Source of the DNA: Alphaproteobacteria bacterium
GTDB taxonomy: Bacteria > Pseudomonadota > Alphaproteobacteria > Caulobacterales > Maricaulaceae
Length of the DNA: 64,000 nt
Direction: 5' to 3'
NCBI GenBank assembly: GCA_018222865.1
Contig: JAAEZM010000003.1
Span: 70,795 to 134,794, forward strand
Within the stretch, counting starts at the first letter, position 1. Each line of letters opens with the position of its first letter. A model generated the notes under the pieces. The model was not told where the DNA came from and did no database searches. It saw only the letters and a program-made list of their open reading frames with translations. The translations under genes and the position numbers were made by a program. Positions 47,492-60,046 of this stretch are shown here, one piece after another.

Positions 47492-49627
47492 CTATTCATT
47501 AACGGCGCGGGGCGTGCCGTTGTCTTCGGCAAATTCGATGAAGTTCTCGAACGGCATCGGGCGACCATAAAGGAAGCCTTGAGCCAGTGTGGCGCCCATG
47601 GCGCGCAACATGGTCATCTGTTCGGCGGTTTCGACACCCTCGGCAACCGTTTCCAGCTTGAGTGCTTTGGCCATGGCGAGAATGGTCTCGACGACGATGC
47701 GGTCATGCGCATCCGTTGCCATATTGCGCACGAAGCTCTGATCGATCTTGAATACGTCAAACGGCATACGCGTCAGGTAAGACAGGGATGAATGCCCGGT
47801 CCCGAAATCATCAATGGCGAAATTCACACCTCTCGCCCGCAGCGGCTCAACCTGATCGATCACGCGCTGGGGGTTTTCCATCGCGATGGATTCGGTCAGC
47901 TCCAGTTCAAGCAGGTGCGGCGGGAGATTGGCGTCATGCAGGGCGTCCAGAACGCTTTCAGCAAAGCCTTCACGCTCAAACTGCATGGCCGATACATTGA
48001 CGGCGACCGGGATTTCGAGGCCTTTCATCCGCCATTTCGCAGCTTCATGACAGGCGCGGCGCAGGACCCAGTCCCCGATCTCACCAATCAGACCGCACTC
48101 TTCGGCGGCCTCAATAAAGGCGCCTGGAGAAAGCAGGCCTGCGGTCGGATGCTGCCAACGCACCAGGGCTTCAGCCCCTGCCGTAGAGCCATCCTGCATG
48201 AGAACTTTCGGTTGGTAGAAGACGACGAGCTGGTTCTTGCTGACCGCATCGCGCAACTCGTTTTCAAGGACCAGACGTTCGAAGGCGGACTGGTTCATCG
48301 TGGGTTCGAAGAATTGTGCGGCGGAACCCCCTGCGCGCTTGGCATGCGCCATGGCGAGATCGGCATGACGCATCAGGGTCTCCGGGTCAGCACCATCTTG
48401 CGGGAAGACGGCGACGCCCACGCTGGCGCCCAGGAAAACCTGATGGCCAGAGATTTCGAACGGCAGACGAATGGCGTCGACCAGCTTGTTCGCAACGCGA
48501 GCTGCATCTGCACTGTCCTGCACTTCGGGCACCAGAATAGTGAATTCATCCCCGCCCAGGCGCGCAACCATTGAGGTCTCCCCGCCGCGGCGCGCGGACA
48601 TGTCACAACCGCGAACAACCTCGGTCAGGCGGCGACCAACCATCTCGAGGAGGCGGTCGCCCTCGCCAATACCCAGACTGTCATTCACGCGCTTGAAGCG
48701 ATCGAGATCGAGAAACAGAACCGCGCCGGATGTGCCGGTCTCAAGCGCTTTGCGCGCAACACGCTCAGCTTCCTTGCGGAAGCGCTCGCGATTGGGCAAT
48801 TCGGTGACCATATCGACATAGGCCAGGCGGTGGATGCGTTTAAGATTGCCATCCAGTCGGGCAAACATGCGATTAAACGCATTCGCCAGCACTTCCAGCT
48901 CATCGCCTGTTTTGACGTGAATGCGCATATCGAGCGTCTTGGAGGACGCATGGCGGGCGGCTTCCGTCAAAGTCTGGATCGGTTTGAGCGCGCGATTTAC
49001 CAGCATGGCGGCCAGCGGCAGGAAGATCAGAAGCGCGAAGATCGCAAGCAAGGCCTGACGCTGGATCATCGCATTGCGCGAGGATGGCAGTTCATGAAGG
49101 TCGATCTTGGAGTACAACACTCCAACAAGGCGGCGTGACTCAGTGTAGACGGGGACGGCAATCTCAACCGTGATCCCATCGATCGAGGTGCGTTCATCGC
49201 CCGCGCCGAGTGCCATCACCGCAAGATCTGCGGCGTGCAGTCGGCCGCCATCGCGTTCATCTGCATAGGCCTCGCCCAGAACCTCGCGACGATTATTCAG
49301 GGCATAGACTTCGGTCGCGTTATTTGAGCGTTGAAACTCGGTCAAATAGCTTTGTGTGAAAATCGGTCGTGGATTGACGAAACCATCGGACAGGCGCGAT
49401 GCAGCGCTGCGCAAGGCTTGCACATGCCGCTCGACCAGAAGGTTTCTGGTTTCATTGTGTGCCGAGACGCTTTCCAGCGTCATGAGGATCGCCACTGTCG
49501 CGAAGATCAATGCACCGGTTAGAAGCGTAAACTTCATCACCAGCGATTTCATGACCCGCGATACCGCTTTGCGGATGGGTGCCATCTTAACCCCACTTGC
49601 CGGCCCGGGGGCCCGCATAAACTCCAC
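47492..49627 (-). CDS. membrane sensor with periplasmic domain-HAMP-GGDEF-EAL (c-di-GMP turnover)
   Basis: Two TM segments flank a loop of about 150 aa. Intact RLGGDEFTIL (GGDEF) and GAEALVRW (EAL) motifs, plus DDFGTGHSSLSYL. Start uncertain: several in-frame Met codons lie between 49627 and 49537. Confidence 0.9.
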   Translation of the reverse strand: MEFMRAPGPASGVKMAPIRKAVSRVMKSLVMKFTLLTGALIFATVAILMTLESVSAHNETRNLLVERHVQALRSAASRLSDGFVNPRPIFTQSYLTEFQRSNNATEVYALNNRREVLGEAYADERDGGRLHAADLAVMALGAGDERTSIDGITVEIAVPVYTESRRLVGVLYSKIDLHELPSSRNAMIQRQALLAIFALLIFLPLAAMLVNRALKPIQTLTEAARHASSKTLDMRIHVKTGDELEVLANAFNRMFARLDGNLKRIHRLAYVDMVTELPNRERFRKEAERVARKALETGTSGAVLFLDLDRFKRVNDSLGIGEGDRLLEMVGRRLTEVVRGCDMSARRGGETSMVARLGGDEFTILVPEVQDSADAARVANKLVDAIRLPFEISGHQVFLGASVGVAVFPQDGADPETLMRHADLAMAHAKRAGGSAAQFFEPTMNQSAFERLVLENELRDAVSKNQLVVFYQPKVLMQDGSTAGAEALVRWQHPTAGLLSPGAFIEAAEECGLIGEIGDWVLRRACHEAAKWRMKGLEIPVAVNVSAMQFEREGFAESVLDALHDANLPPHLLELELTESIAMENPQRVIDQVEPLRARGVNFAIDDFGTGHSSLSYLTRMPFDVFKIDQSFVRNMATDAHDRIVVETILAMAKALKLETVAEGVETAEQMTMLRAMGATLAQGFLYGRPMPFENFIEFAEDNGTPRAVNE

Positions 49628-49752
49628 TCAAATTGGGGTAAAGCTACGTTGGCTTACCCCTTGTCGATGAGGAGAATGGCACTAACCATTTTAAGCGTAG
49701 TTAATAACGGCGATTTTTTTCATCAAATTGCCAAGTCACGCGTAAGAAATCG

Positions 49753-50760
49753 TTAGGAAATTTCGATTTCTGCCTGTTCTACAAGGCGTTTCAGCTCAAC
49801 TTCCGGGCGTGCGCCATAGTGAGAAATTACCTCAGCTGCCGCGATCGCGCCCATGCGACCAGCCTCTGCGAGGGAGTTTCCGCGCGCCAGTCCCAAAAGG
49901 AGGCCCGCTGCGAAGAGATCGCCGGCCCCTGTCGTATCGACCAGCTCGTCAACGGGCTCTGCGCTGACCGCGACCGTCTCATCACCGCGAACAATGACCG
50001 CGCCTTTTTCGCTGCGGGTCACAGCGGCAATTCCGACTTCACCACGGGCGTGCTCGATCGCCGTATCAAAGTCTTCCGTCTCATAGAGGGCGCAAATCTC
50101 CGCCTCATTGGCGATCAAAATGTCGATATGATTAGCGACCAGGTGGCGGAAGGCCGCGCGATGGCGCTCGACACAGAAGAGATCAGACAGGGTCAGCGCG
50201 GTGAGGCGATTGGCAGCGGCGGCAAGCTCGGCGGCGCGGACATAGCCGCGCTTGGCTTCTTCGCGGTCGAAGAGATAGCCTTCAAGATAGATGATCTCGG
50301 ATGCGCGCACTTTCTCCGCATCGTGTTCGACTTCCTCTTCCGTCACCAGAGCTGCTGCGCCCAGGAAGGTCGACATGGAGCGCTGGGCATCGTCAGTCAC
50401 ATTGATCAGACACCGCGCTGTCGCCGGGCCGTCCTGGAGCGGAGGCGTGTCAAAACTCACGCCAATGGCGCGAATATCATGGGTGAAGATCTCGCCGAGC
50501 TGATCAGCAGCTACCTTGCCGATATAGGCGGCCTTGCCGCCCATGGATGCAATGCCCGCCACGGTATTGGCCGCGGACCCGCCAGACGCTTCCTTTCCTG
50601 GCTGCATCTTGGAATAGAGATAGGTCGCGCGTTCTTCATCGATCAGGGTCATTGCGGCTTTCGCAATCCCCTCTTGTTCGAGAAACTCATCCGTGGCCGG
50701 GGACAGAACATCGACAATGGCATTGCCGACGGCAAGAACGTCGAACTGGCTGGCAGACAT
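49753..50760 (-). CDS. adenosine kinase / PfkB-family carbohydrate kinase
   Basis: VLAVGNAIVDVL...GGSAANT...DTTGAGDLFAAG. Confidence 0.85.
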   Translation of the reverse strand: MSASQFDVLAVGNAIVDVLSPATDEFLEQEGIAKAAMTLIDEERATYLYSKMQPGKEASGGSAANTVAGIASMGGKAAYIGKVAADQLGEIFTHDIRAIGVSFDTPPLQDGPATARCLINVTDDAQRSMSTFLGAAALVTEEEVEHDAEKVRASEIIYLEGYLFDREEAKRGYVRAAELAAAANRLTALTLSDLFCVERHRAAFRHLVANHIDILIANEAEICALYETEDFDTAIEHARGEVGIAAVTRSEKGAVIVRGDETVAVSAEPVDELVDTTGAGDLFAAGLLLGLARGNSLAEAGRMGAIAAAEVISHYGARPEVELKRLVEQAEIEIS

Positions 50761-50895
50761 GGGGCGATCCTAGTTTGAAAGAAGGCGAATGGAGTTGGCG
50801 GGAGGCTTAAACGCAGCCCTTTGCCATAGCAAGGCTTGCGGGCACGCTCCGGGGTGTTATCAGGGCAGAAACCTGGATCCAGTTTGGAGTTTCCG

Positions 50896-51789
50896 ATGGC
50901 CCGGCCTGACACTCGCATCGCTTTTCTGACCGCAAGCTGCATGTTCAAATCCAGTCCCGTCGCACGAAAAGACCATTGGGAACATGATCTTGAGTGGGAT
51001 GCGATCCAGCCAGCCTGTCTCGAAGCGGGCCTTCAGCTGGAAGCGCGCATCTGGGATAGTCCGGATTTTGACCCAGCGCTGTACGATGCGGTCGTGATCG
51101 GCACGACCTGGGACTATATGGAAAAGCCCGATCAGTTTGGCGGGGTGCTCGCGGAGTGCGCGGCCCGATCCAGGCTTCTCAATCCTTTGCCGACAGTGAT
51201 GTGGAATAAGCGCAAGACATATCTGCGTGATCTGGCGGAGCGGGGGGCTCCGATGATCCCGACGGTCTGGGCGGACAAGGCGGATCAGCCCAGTATCGAG
51301 GCTGCTTTTGATGATCTTCAATGCAGCGATATTGTCGTCAAACCTGTGATGGGTGCCGGCGCCTGGCGCCAGGCCCGGATCAAACAGGGCAAGGACCTGC
51401 CATCACCGGATCAATTGCCGCCAGCCGAGGCAATGATCCAGCCCTTCCTTCCCTCTGTCGCGGAGGAAGGCGAATACGCTTTCCTTTTCTTCAATCGCGA
51501 ATTCTCTCACTGCGCTCTGAAACGCCCCGCCGCTGGGGATTATCGCGTTCAATCCGAATATGGCGGATCCGAAACCATTCACGACCCGTCCGAGGAGGAG
51601 CTGGCTCTGGCCAAAGCCGTGCTCGACAGTGTCGAAGGCGATCTTCTTTATGCGCGGGTCGATATGCTGCGCGGTCTCGACGGAAAACTGGCCCTTATCG
51701 AGCTGGAATTGATCGAACCCTATCTCTATCCGCAACAGGGCCCGGAATTTGGAGCGAACTTTGCACGGGCACTGAGGGCGCTGGTATAA
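50896..51789 (+). CDS. ATP-grasp (RimK/glutathione-synthetase-like) domain protein
   Basis: IVVKPVMGAGAW...IQPFLPSV..EGEYAFLFF...ARVDML......ALIELELIEP resembles an ATP-grasp C-terminal fold. GGAG lies 7 nt upstream of ATG 50896. Confidence 0.6.
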   Translation: MARPDTRIAFLTASCMFKSSPVARKDHWEHDLEWDAIQPACLEAGLQLEARIWDSPDFDPALYDAVVIGTTWDYMEKPDQFGGVLAECAARSRLLNPLPTVMWNKRKTYLRDLAERGAPMIPTVWADKADQPSIEAAFDDLQCSDIVVKPVMGAGAWRQARIKQGKDLPSPDQLPPAEAMIQPFLPSVAEEGEYAFLFFNREFSHCALKRPAAGDYRVQSEYGGSETIHDPSEEELALAKAVLDSVEGDLLYARVDMLRGLDGKLALIELELIEPYLYPQQGPEFGANFARALRALV

Positions 51790-51887
51790 CCACACCCTCC
51801 TGACACCTCCCCCGTTCACGCGGCGTACAACGCGCGCTAGTTTCATCCGACTCACCTTGATGCCTTCCAGATGAAAGCGAGCGCGCC

Positions 51888-54674
51888 ATGGCCACGCAAA
51901 GACCGGTCGATGAAACGAGCCATGTCTATCTCATTGACGGATCAGGCTATATTTTTCGCGCTTATCACGCATTGCCACCGCTGACGCGTTCGGATGGCAC
52001 GCCAGTGGGCGCGGTCCAGGGTTTTTGCAACATGCTGTGGAAATTGCTGGAGGATCTGAAAGGCGAAGATGCGCCTTCACACCTGGCGGTGATTTTCGAT
52101 CATTCCGGCAAATCCTTCCGCAATGAGATTTATGATCAGTACAAGGCTCACCGCCCGCCTGCGCCGGAAGATCTGGTGCCGCAATTCTCCATTATTCGCG
52201 ATGCCACACGCGCTTTTGGAACGCCCTGTATCGAAAAGGAAAATTACGAGGCCGACGACATCATCGCGACCTATGCCCGGATGGCCGAGGCCAAGGGCGC
52301 GGATGTGACCATTGTCTCCTCGGACAAGGATTTGATGCAATTGGTCTCCGACAAGGTGACCATGTTTGATGCGATGAAAAACAAACGCATCCAGGCCCCA
52401 GAAGTTGAGGAGAAGTTCGGTGTCGGGCCCGACAAGGTGATTGATATCCAGTCCCTCGCCGGAGATAGCGTCGACAACGTACCCGGCGTTCCAGGCATTG
52501 GCGTCAAAACCGCTGCGCTTTTGATCAATGAATATGGCGATCTTGATACGCTTCTGGAGCGCGCCGGTGAGATCAAGCAGAAGGGCCGCCGCGAAAAACT
52601 TCTCGCCCATGCCGAGGATGCCCGGGTCTCACGGGATTTGGTGACCTTGAAAGTGGACACGCCTCTGGATGACCCGCTGGAAGATTTTGGACTTTCCGAC
52701 CCCGACCCTGACACTCTGGTGTCATTTCTGAAACAGATGGAATTTCGGACCTTTACCCGCAAGGTTGAAGAAGCGCTCGGCGCTCCCCCGGCCGATGAGA
52801 GCGGCGATGCCACGGCACCGATTGACCGGTCCAAATATGAATGCGTCACCGAGATGGCGGACCTTCAGCGCTGGATAGCGCGCGCGGAAGAGACCGGAAT
52901 TGTCGCGGTGGATACAGAAACCGACGCGCTTTCCGCAACAGCTTCCGGCCTGGTCGGTGTCTGCCTGGCGACCGCGCCGGGTGAGGCGTGCTACATCCCG
53001 CTTGCCCATGTCGATCCGCAGGGCTCGGGTGACATGTTTGATAGCGGCGTCGCGCCCAAGCAAATCCCGATGGATGAGGCGTTGGCGGCCCTCAAACCCA
53101 TGCTGGAAGATCCGGCCATCCTGAAAATCGGGCAGAATTTCAAATATGATCTGTCTGTTCTGGGCCGTTATGACATTGATGTCGCGCCCTATGATGACAC
53201 GATGCTGATCTCCTATGTCATGGCGGCTGGCCTTGAAAAACATGGGATGGACGCGTTGGCCGAGCGTCATCTTGGCCATCAATGCATTCCGTTCAAAGAG
53301 ATTTGTGGCACGGGTAAGTCCCAGATAACCTTTGATAAAGTCCCGCTCGACAAAGCCACCGCCTATGCCGCGGAAGATGCCGATGTAACATTGCGCCTCT
53401 GGGAGATTCTCAAACCGGCCATGGTCGCGAAGAAGAAGGCCACGGTTTACGAGACGCTGGAACGGCCCATGCCGAAAGTCCTCTCTGACATGGAGCGGGC
53501 CGGTATCAAGGTAGATCCGGATCAGCTGCATCGCCTGTCCTCGGATTTTGCCCAGAAAATGATGGCGGCTGAGGCGACGGCCCATGAGGCGGCTGGCCGT
53601 GAGTTCAATCTCGGCTCCCCCAAACAGATCGGGGAGATCTTGTTCGGCGAGATGGGATTACCCGGGGGCAAAAAGACCAAGACCGGCGCCTGGTCTACCG
53701 ATGCTGCCGTGCTCGACAGCCTCGCGGCCGAAGGCCATGCCCTGCCCGTCGCCTTGCTGGAATACCGGCAGTTTCAAAAGCTTAAATCTACCTATGCCGA
53801 TGCGCTGCTCGATCACATCAATCGCCAGACCGGTCGGGTCCACACATCCTTTTCGCTCGCGGCAACCACGACCGGGCGTTTGTCCTCAACCGAGCCGAAC
53901 CTGCAAAACATCCCGATCCGGACCGAGGAAGGCCGGAAGATCCGTGAAGTCTTCATTGCAGAACCGGGCAATGTGCTCGTGGCCGCGGACTACTCCCAGG
54001 TGGAACTGCGCCTCCTGGCCCATATTGCCGGCGTCGATGCCCTGAAACAGGCTTTCCGCGACGGGGTGGATATTCACGCCATGACGGCCTCGGAAGTCTT
54101 CGATACGCCGATCGAGGGCATGGACCCCATGGTCCGTCGCAAGGCCAAAGCGATAAATTTTGGCGTGATTTACGGTATTTCCGCCTTCGGTCTCGCCAAT
54201 CAGATCGATGTCTCCCGCGAAGAGGCGAAAGCCTTCATCGATGCCTATTTCGAGAAATTCCCCGGCATTCGCGCCTATATGGATGATATGAAGGCGCAGG
54301 CCTCGGAGACCGGCTATGTCGAGACGATCTTCGGTCGCCGCGCTCACTTCCCGGGTATTCGGGACAAAAACCCGAATATGCGCATGTTTGCCGAACGCCA
54401 GGCGATCAACGCCCCAATCCAGGGTTCTGCCGCCGATGTGATCCGCCGCGCCATGATCCGCATGCCCGATGCAATCAACCGCGCCAATCTCGATGCCCGC
54501 ATGCTGTTGCAAGTGCATGACGAGCTGGTCTTTGAAGTTCCGGAAAACCAGGCGGAGCAGCTGATCAGCTTGACCCAGGATATAATGTCAGGGGCATGTC
54601 ACCCTGCGATGGAGCTCAGTGTGCCCCTGGTTGTCGATGCCAAGGCCGGCGCGACCTGGGGTGAGGCGCATTAG
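51888..54674 (+). CDS. polA: DNA polymerase I
   Basis: 5'-nuclease domain (YLIDGSGYIFRAYHA), 3'-5' exonuclease domain (VAVDTETDAL) and polymerase motifs (DYSQVELRLLAH, QVHDELVFE). Confidence 0.98.
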   Translation: MATQRPVDETSHVYLIDGSGYIFRAYHALPPLTRSDGTPVGAVQGFCNMLWKLLEDLKGEDAPSHLAVIFDHSGKSFRNEIYDQYKAHRPPAPEDLVPQFSIIRDATRAFGTPCIEKENYEADDIIATYARMAEAKGADVTIVSSDKDLMQLVSDKVTMFDAMKNKRIQAPEVEEKFGVGPDKVIDIQSLAGDSVDNVPGVPGIGVKTAALLINEYGDLDTLLERAGEIKQKGRREKLLAHAEDARVSRDLVTLKVDTPLDDPLEDFGLSDPDPDTLVSFLKQMEFRTFTRKVEEALGAPPADESGDATAPIDRSKYECVTEMADLQRWIARAEETGIVAVDTETDALSATASGLVGVCLATAPGEACYIPLAHVDPQGSGDMFDSGVAPKQIPMDEALAALKPMLEDPAILKIGQNFKYDLSVLGRYDIDVAPYDDTMLISYVMAAGLEKHGMDALAERHLGHQCIPFKEICGTGKSQITFDKVPLDKATAYAAEDADVTLRLWEILKPAMVAKKKATVYETLERPMPKVLSDMERAGIKVDPDQLHRLSSDFAQKMMAAEATAHEAAGREFNLGSPKQIGEILFGEMGLPGGKKTKTGAWSTDAAVLDSLAAEGHALPVALLEYRQFQKLKSTYADALLDHINRQTGRVHTSFSLAATTTGRLSSTEPNLQNIPIRTEEGRKIREVFIAEPGNVLVAADYSQVELRLLAHIAGVDALKQAFRDGVDIHAMTASEVFDTPIEGMDPMVRRKAKAINFGVIYGISAFGLANQIDVSREEAKAFIDAYFEKFPGIRAYMDDMKAQASETGYVETIFGRRAHFPGIRDKNPNMRMFAERQAINAPIQGSAADVIRRAMIRMPDAINRANLDARMLLQVHDELVFEVPENQAEQLISLTQDIMSGACHPAMELSVPLVVDAKAGATWGEAH

Positions 54675-54713
54675 GGTGTGTGAACCGATTTCCGCCGGTC
54701 GGAAGCGGGCAGG

Positions 54714-55202
54714 CTAAGGCGCCGCCTCGCACCTGAAGGCTTGGCGCTGGGTCTCGGCGGTTTCCATACTGACACGATTTGTCAAAATCCGGCGATACAG
54801 GACAATGCCGGTCCGTGTCGGGGCCGCTATTTCCTCACCAAGCTGCACATTACGCGCTGCTCCTTCGGGCCGCAAATTCATGAAATTATTGGTATTTGCG
54901 TCAAAGAAACTTACGCTCGCTATCAACCCGTCTTCATCCGCAGGGATTGTAACGTCCAAGGGCGCTTCACGGACATCATAGAGGCAAATCGAGTAGAGAA
55001 TATCGGGACTGGGCCTGACAACGCGGCGACTATCCTCGCTGGTGGGCGTGACATGCACGACCTGATTGATCTGTGCGCCATCGGCTTGGATCCGCTCCAT
55101 TGCCTTGCCCATGATTAAGCCAGGAACGGCGTTGAGGATCAGCCAGAAACCAATAAAGGCGGCAATCGCCAGGGCGGCGAGCGGGGCGAGCCATCGGATC
55201 AT
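54714..55202 (-). CDS. DUF1254-domain membrane-anchored protein
   Basis: RPSPDILYS resembles the DUF1254 NPDTLYS block. The ATG at 55200-55202 overlaps the upstream stop (ATGA). Confidence 0.65.
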   Translation of the reverse strand: MIRWLAPLAALAIAAFIGFWLILNAVPGLIMGKAMERIQADGAQINQVVHVTPTSEDSRRVVRPSPDILYSICLYDVREAPLDVTIPADEDGLIASVSFFDANTNNFMNLRPEGAARNVQLGEEIAAPTRTGIVLYRRILTNRVSMETAETQRQAFRCEAAP

Positions 55203-55786
55203 GAGGCGCCTCCACAACTCATCCGTTCGATCGACGGCATATGGGTCGTCTCCGGCGCTGTGATGACGGCCGGGTCAGGCCGGTAAAGCCTCAGGGTGAG
55301 GTTGAATGCGCCTGCCTGAGCCGAGCTGATCCGCAATCCGGGGCCATCAACCGGGCGGGGCGAGATTATCGCTGTGACCGGGTCTTCATCCCGGTGCATG
55401 AAATCATCGGCGGTCATGGAGTGTAGCCCTTCGCCATTTTGCGCCAGGAATTCATCCTCGGCATAAAGCGTCAGGCTCCACCATCCTGCTTGCGGTGGAT
55501 CGGTGAAGGTCAGGCGGTACGTACACTCCGCGTTGAAGCGTCGGTCATCATCGTCGAAATCGGCTGAAAAATAGATCGCTTCATTCTGGTTCAGCGCCAA
55601 TAGCCCGCGCCTGGCGACAACGGCTCTTGTCATCGCATCCGCGTCGCTCGACCCGATCAATGTATTGATTTGCCAGGGGCCAATCTTCGTCCCTCCCCAG
55701 CCCGTCGGTCCGAAAACCAGAAAGAGCGCTGTCAAAGCGCCCAGGACCAATCCGGTGAGGCCAAAAATCGCAATCCGGTAAATCAT
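55199..55786 (-). CDS. DUF1214-domain membrane-anchored protein
   Basis: GWWSLTLY and YFSADFD resemble DUF1214 blocks. N-terminal TM segment. Start uncertain: ATG 55786 or TTG 55822. Confidence 0.65.
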   Translation of the reverse strand: MIYRIAIFGLTGLVLGALTALFLVFGPTGWGGTKIGPWQINTLIGSSDADAMTRAVVARRGLLALNQNEAIYFSADFDDDDRRFNAECTYRLTFTDPPQAGWWSLTLYAEDEFLAQNGEGLHSMTADDFMHRDEDPVTAIISPRPVDGPGLRISSAQAGAFNLTLRLYRPDPAVITAPETTHMPSIERMSCGGAS

Positions 55787-55858
55787 GTCAGGGACGCTAT
55801 CAGGCTCGACCCGGCGCCGCAAATCGGCTTAGCTCGCGCGCATCTCAGGAGCATTGCC

Positions 55859-56863
55859 ATGGCCCGTGCCGCTGCAGCGAAATTCATCCATTTCGGCCTC
55901 CCCAAATGCGGCTCAACCTTCCTGCAAAACCTGTGGGGTGAGGATAAGGGCTATACTGGCGCAGATCTTGGCCAGGCCGCGCAAGTGAGCCGGCAATTGG
56001 CCGCCAAGGGTCAGACTGGCAACTTGCCGCGAATGTCATTTACGGTCAAAGCCCGCGGCGGCTCAACGCTGGTCGCGACGTCGGAGGGGTTTAGCTGGGC
56101 ATTTCTGGGTCGCCCCCACCTGCTTGAGCGCATACGCGATCTTCACAAGATTGGTGCGGCGATCACCGGAGCGACCGGCGCCAGCGATACGGCGCTCTTC
56201 ATGGTTCGCAATCCGGCGGACTGGATCAGGGCTGCGCATGAGCAAACGGTCAAAGAGGGGGGCTTCATGTCTGGCGCAGACTTTCTGGATCAGCGCCGGG
56301 CATTGGTTGAGTGCGTCCTCGATCTCAAGCACATCCGCGAGGTGTTCGGGGCGCATTTCAAACGCGTTGTCTTCCTGTCAGCAGACGAGATGCGGCACAA
56401 CCCGGAGACGTTCTGGCCGCGTTATGAGAATGTATTGGGCGCGCCCAAACCGGCCGATTCCGTCATTGATAAAGTGACCCGCAGCGATCAGTACGCCAAT
56501 CGGTCATTGCGTGAGAAAACAGCCCAGCTGGCAAGGCTTAACCGGTTATTGGGTGCGGTCGGGGAAGGCTGGCGAGAGGCTGACAATCTGCCGCCAGATC
56601 TCATCAAGGAGCGCGACAGCTTACTGCCCAAATTCGATCTATCCCGGGTTTGGGCGGCGCGGCGAGCGGCGGAGACGCTCGATAGCAAAGCTCTTGAGGG
56701 GGTTCTTGGCGGGGCCTTCGCTGAGATGGGCGAGGGCTTTACCGAACTCCAGCTCGATGACGCCCTCAAAGCCTATCTGCGCACGCATGTCTGCGATGTG
56801 CTGGATGGCGAGACCACCCTGCCGGATGAGCTTAAAGCCAGCTATCGCGCTGCCCTCGACTAA
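55859..56863 (+). CDS. sulfotransferase-fold protein (orphan)
   Basis: GLPKCGSTFL resembles the 5'-PSB PAPS loop (PKxGTT) and FMVRNPADWIRAAHE resembles the 3'-PB motif (RNPxDR..S). AGGAG lies 7 nt upstream of ATG 55859. The ORF-track start at 55670 overlaps the DUF1214 gene. Confidence 0.55.
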   Translation: MARAAAAKFIHFGLPKCGSTFLQNLWGEDKGYTGADLGQAAQVSRQLAAKGQTGNLPRMSFTVKARGGSTLVATSEGFSWAFLGRPHLLERIRDLHKIGAAITGATGASDTALFMVRNPADWIRAAHEQTVKEGGFMSGADFLDQRRALVECVLDLKHIREVFGAHFKRVVFLSADEMRHNPETFWPRYENVLGAPKPADSVIDKVTRSDQYANRSLREKTAQLARLNRLLGAVGEGWREADNLPPDLIKERDSLLPKFDLSRVWAARRAAETLDSKALEGVLGGAFAEMGEGFTELQLDDALKAYLRTHVCDVLDGETTLPDELKASYRAALD

Positions 56864-56918
56864 GCGATCTCAACCAGACCAATCTGGCATGAGGCGGCCA
56901 GCTAGGTGGAGCCCGTTC

Positions 56919-60019
<3,101 letters not shown>

Positions 60020-60046
60020 GTGCGGTCAGCCTATTTTACGCTCCGG

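Noticed and set aside
51814-51828. Alphaproteobacterial LexA box (GTTC-N7-GTTC) upstream of polA
   Set aside because: The sequence is GTTC-N7-GTAC (7/8). polA is not a known SOS gene in this group. A single degenerate hit in 64 kb is within chance expectation.
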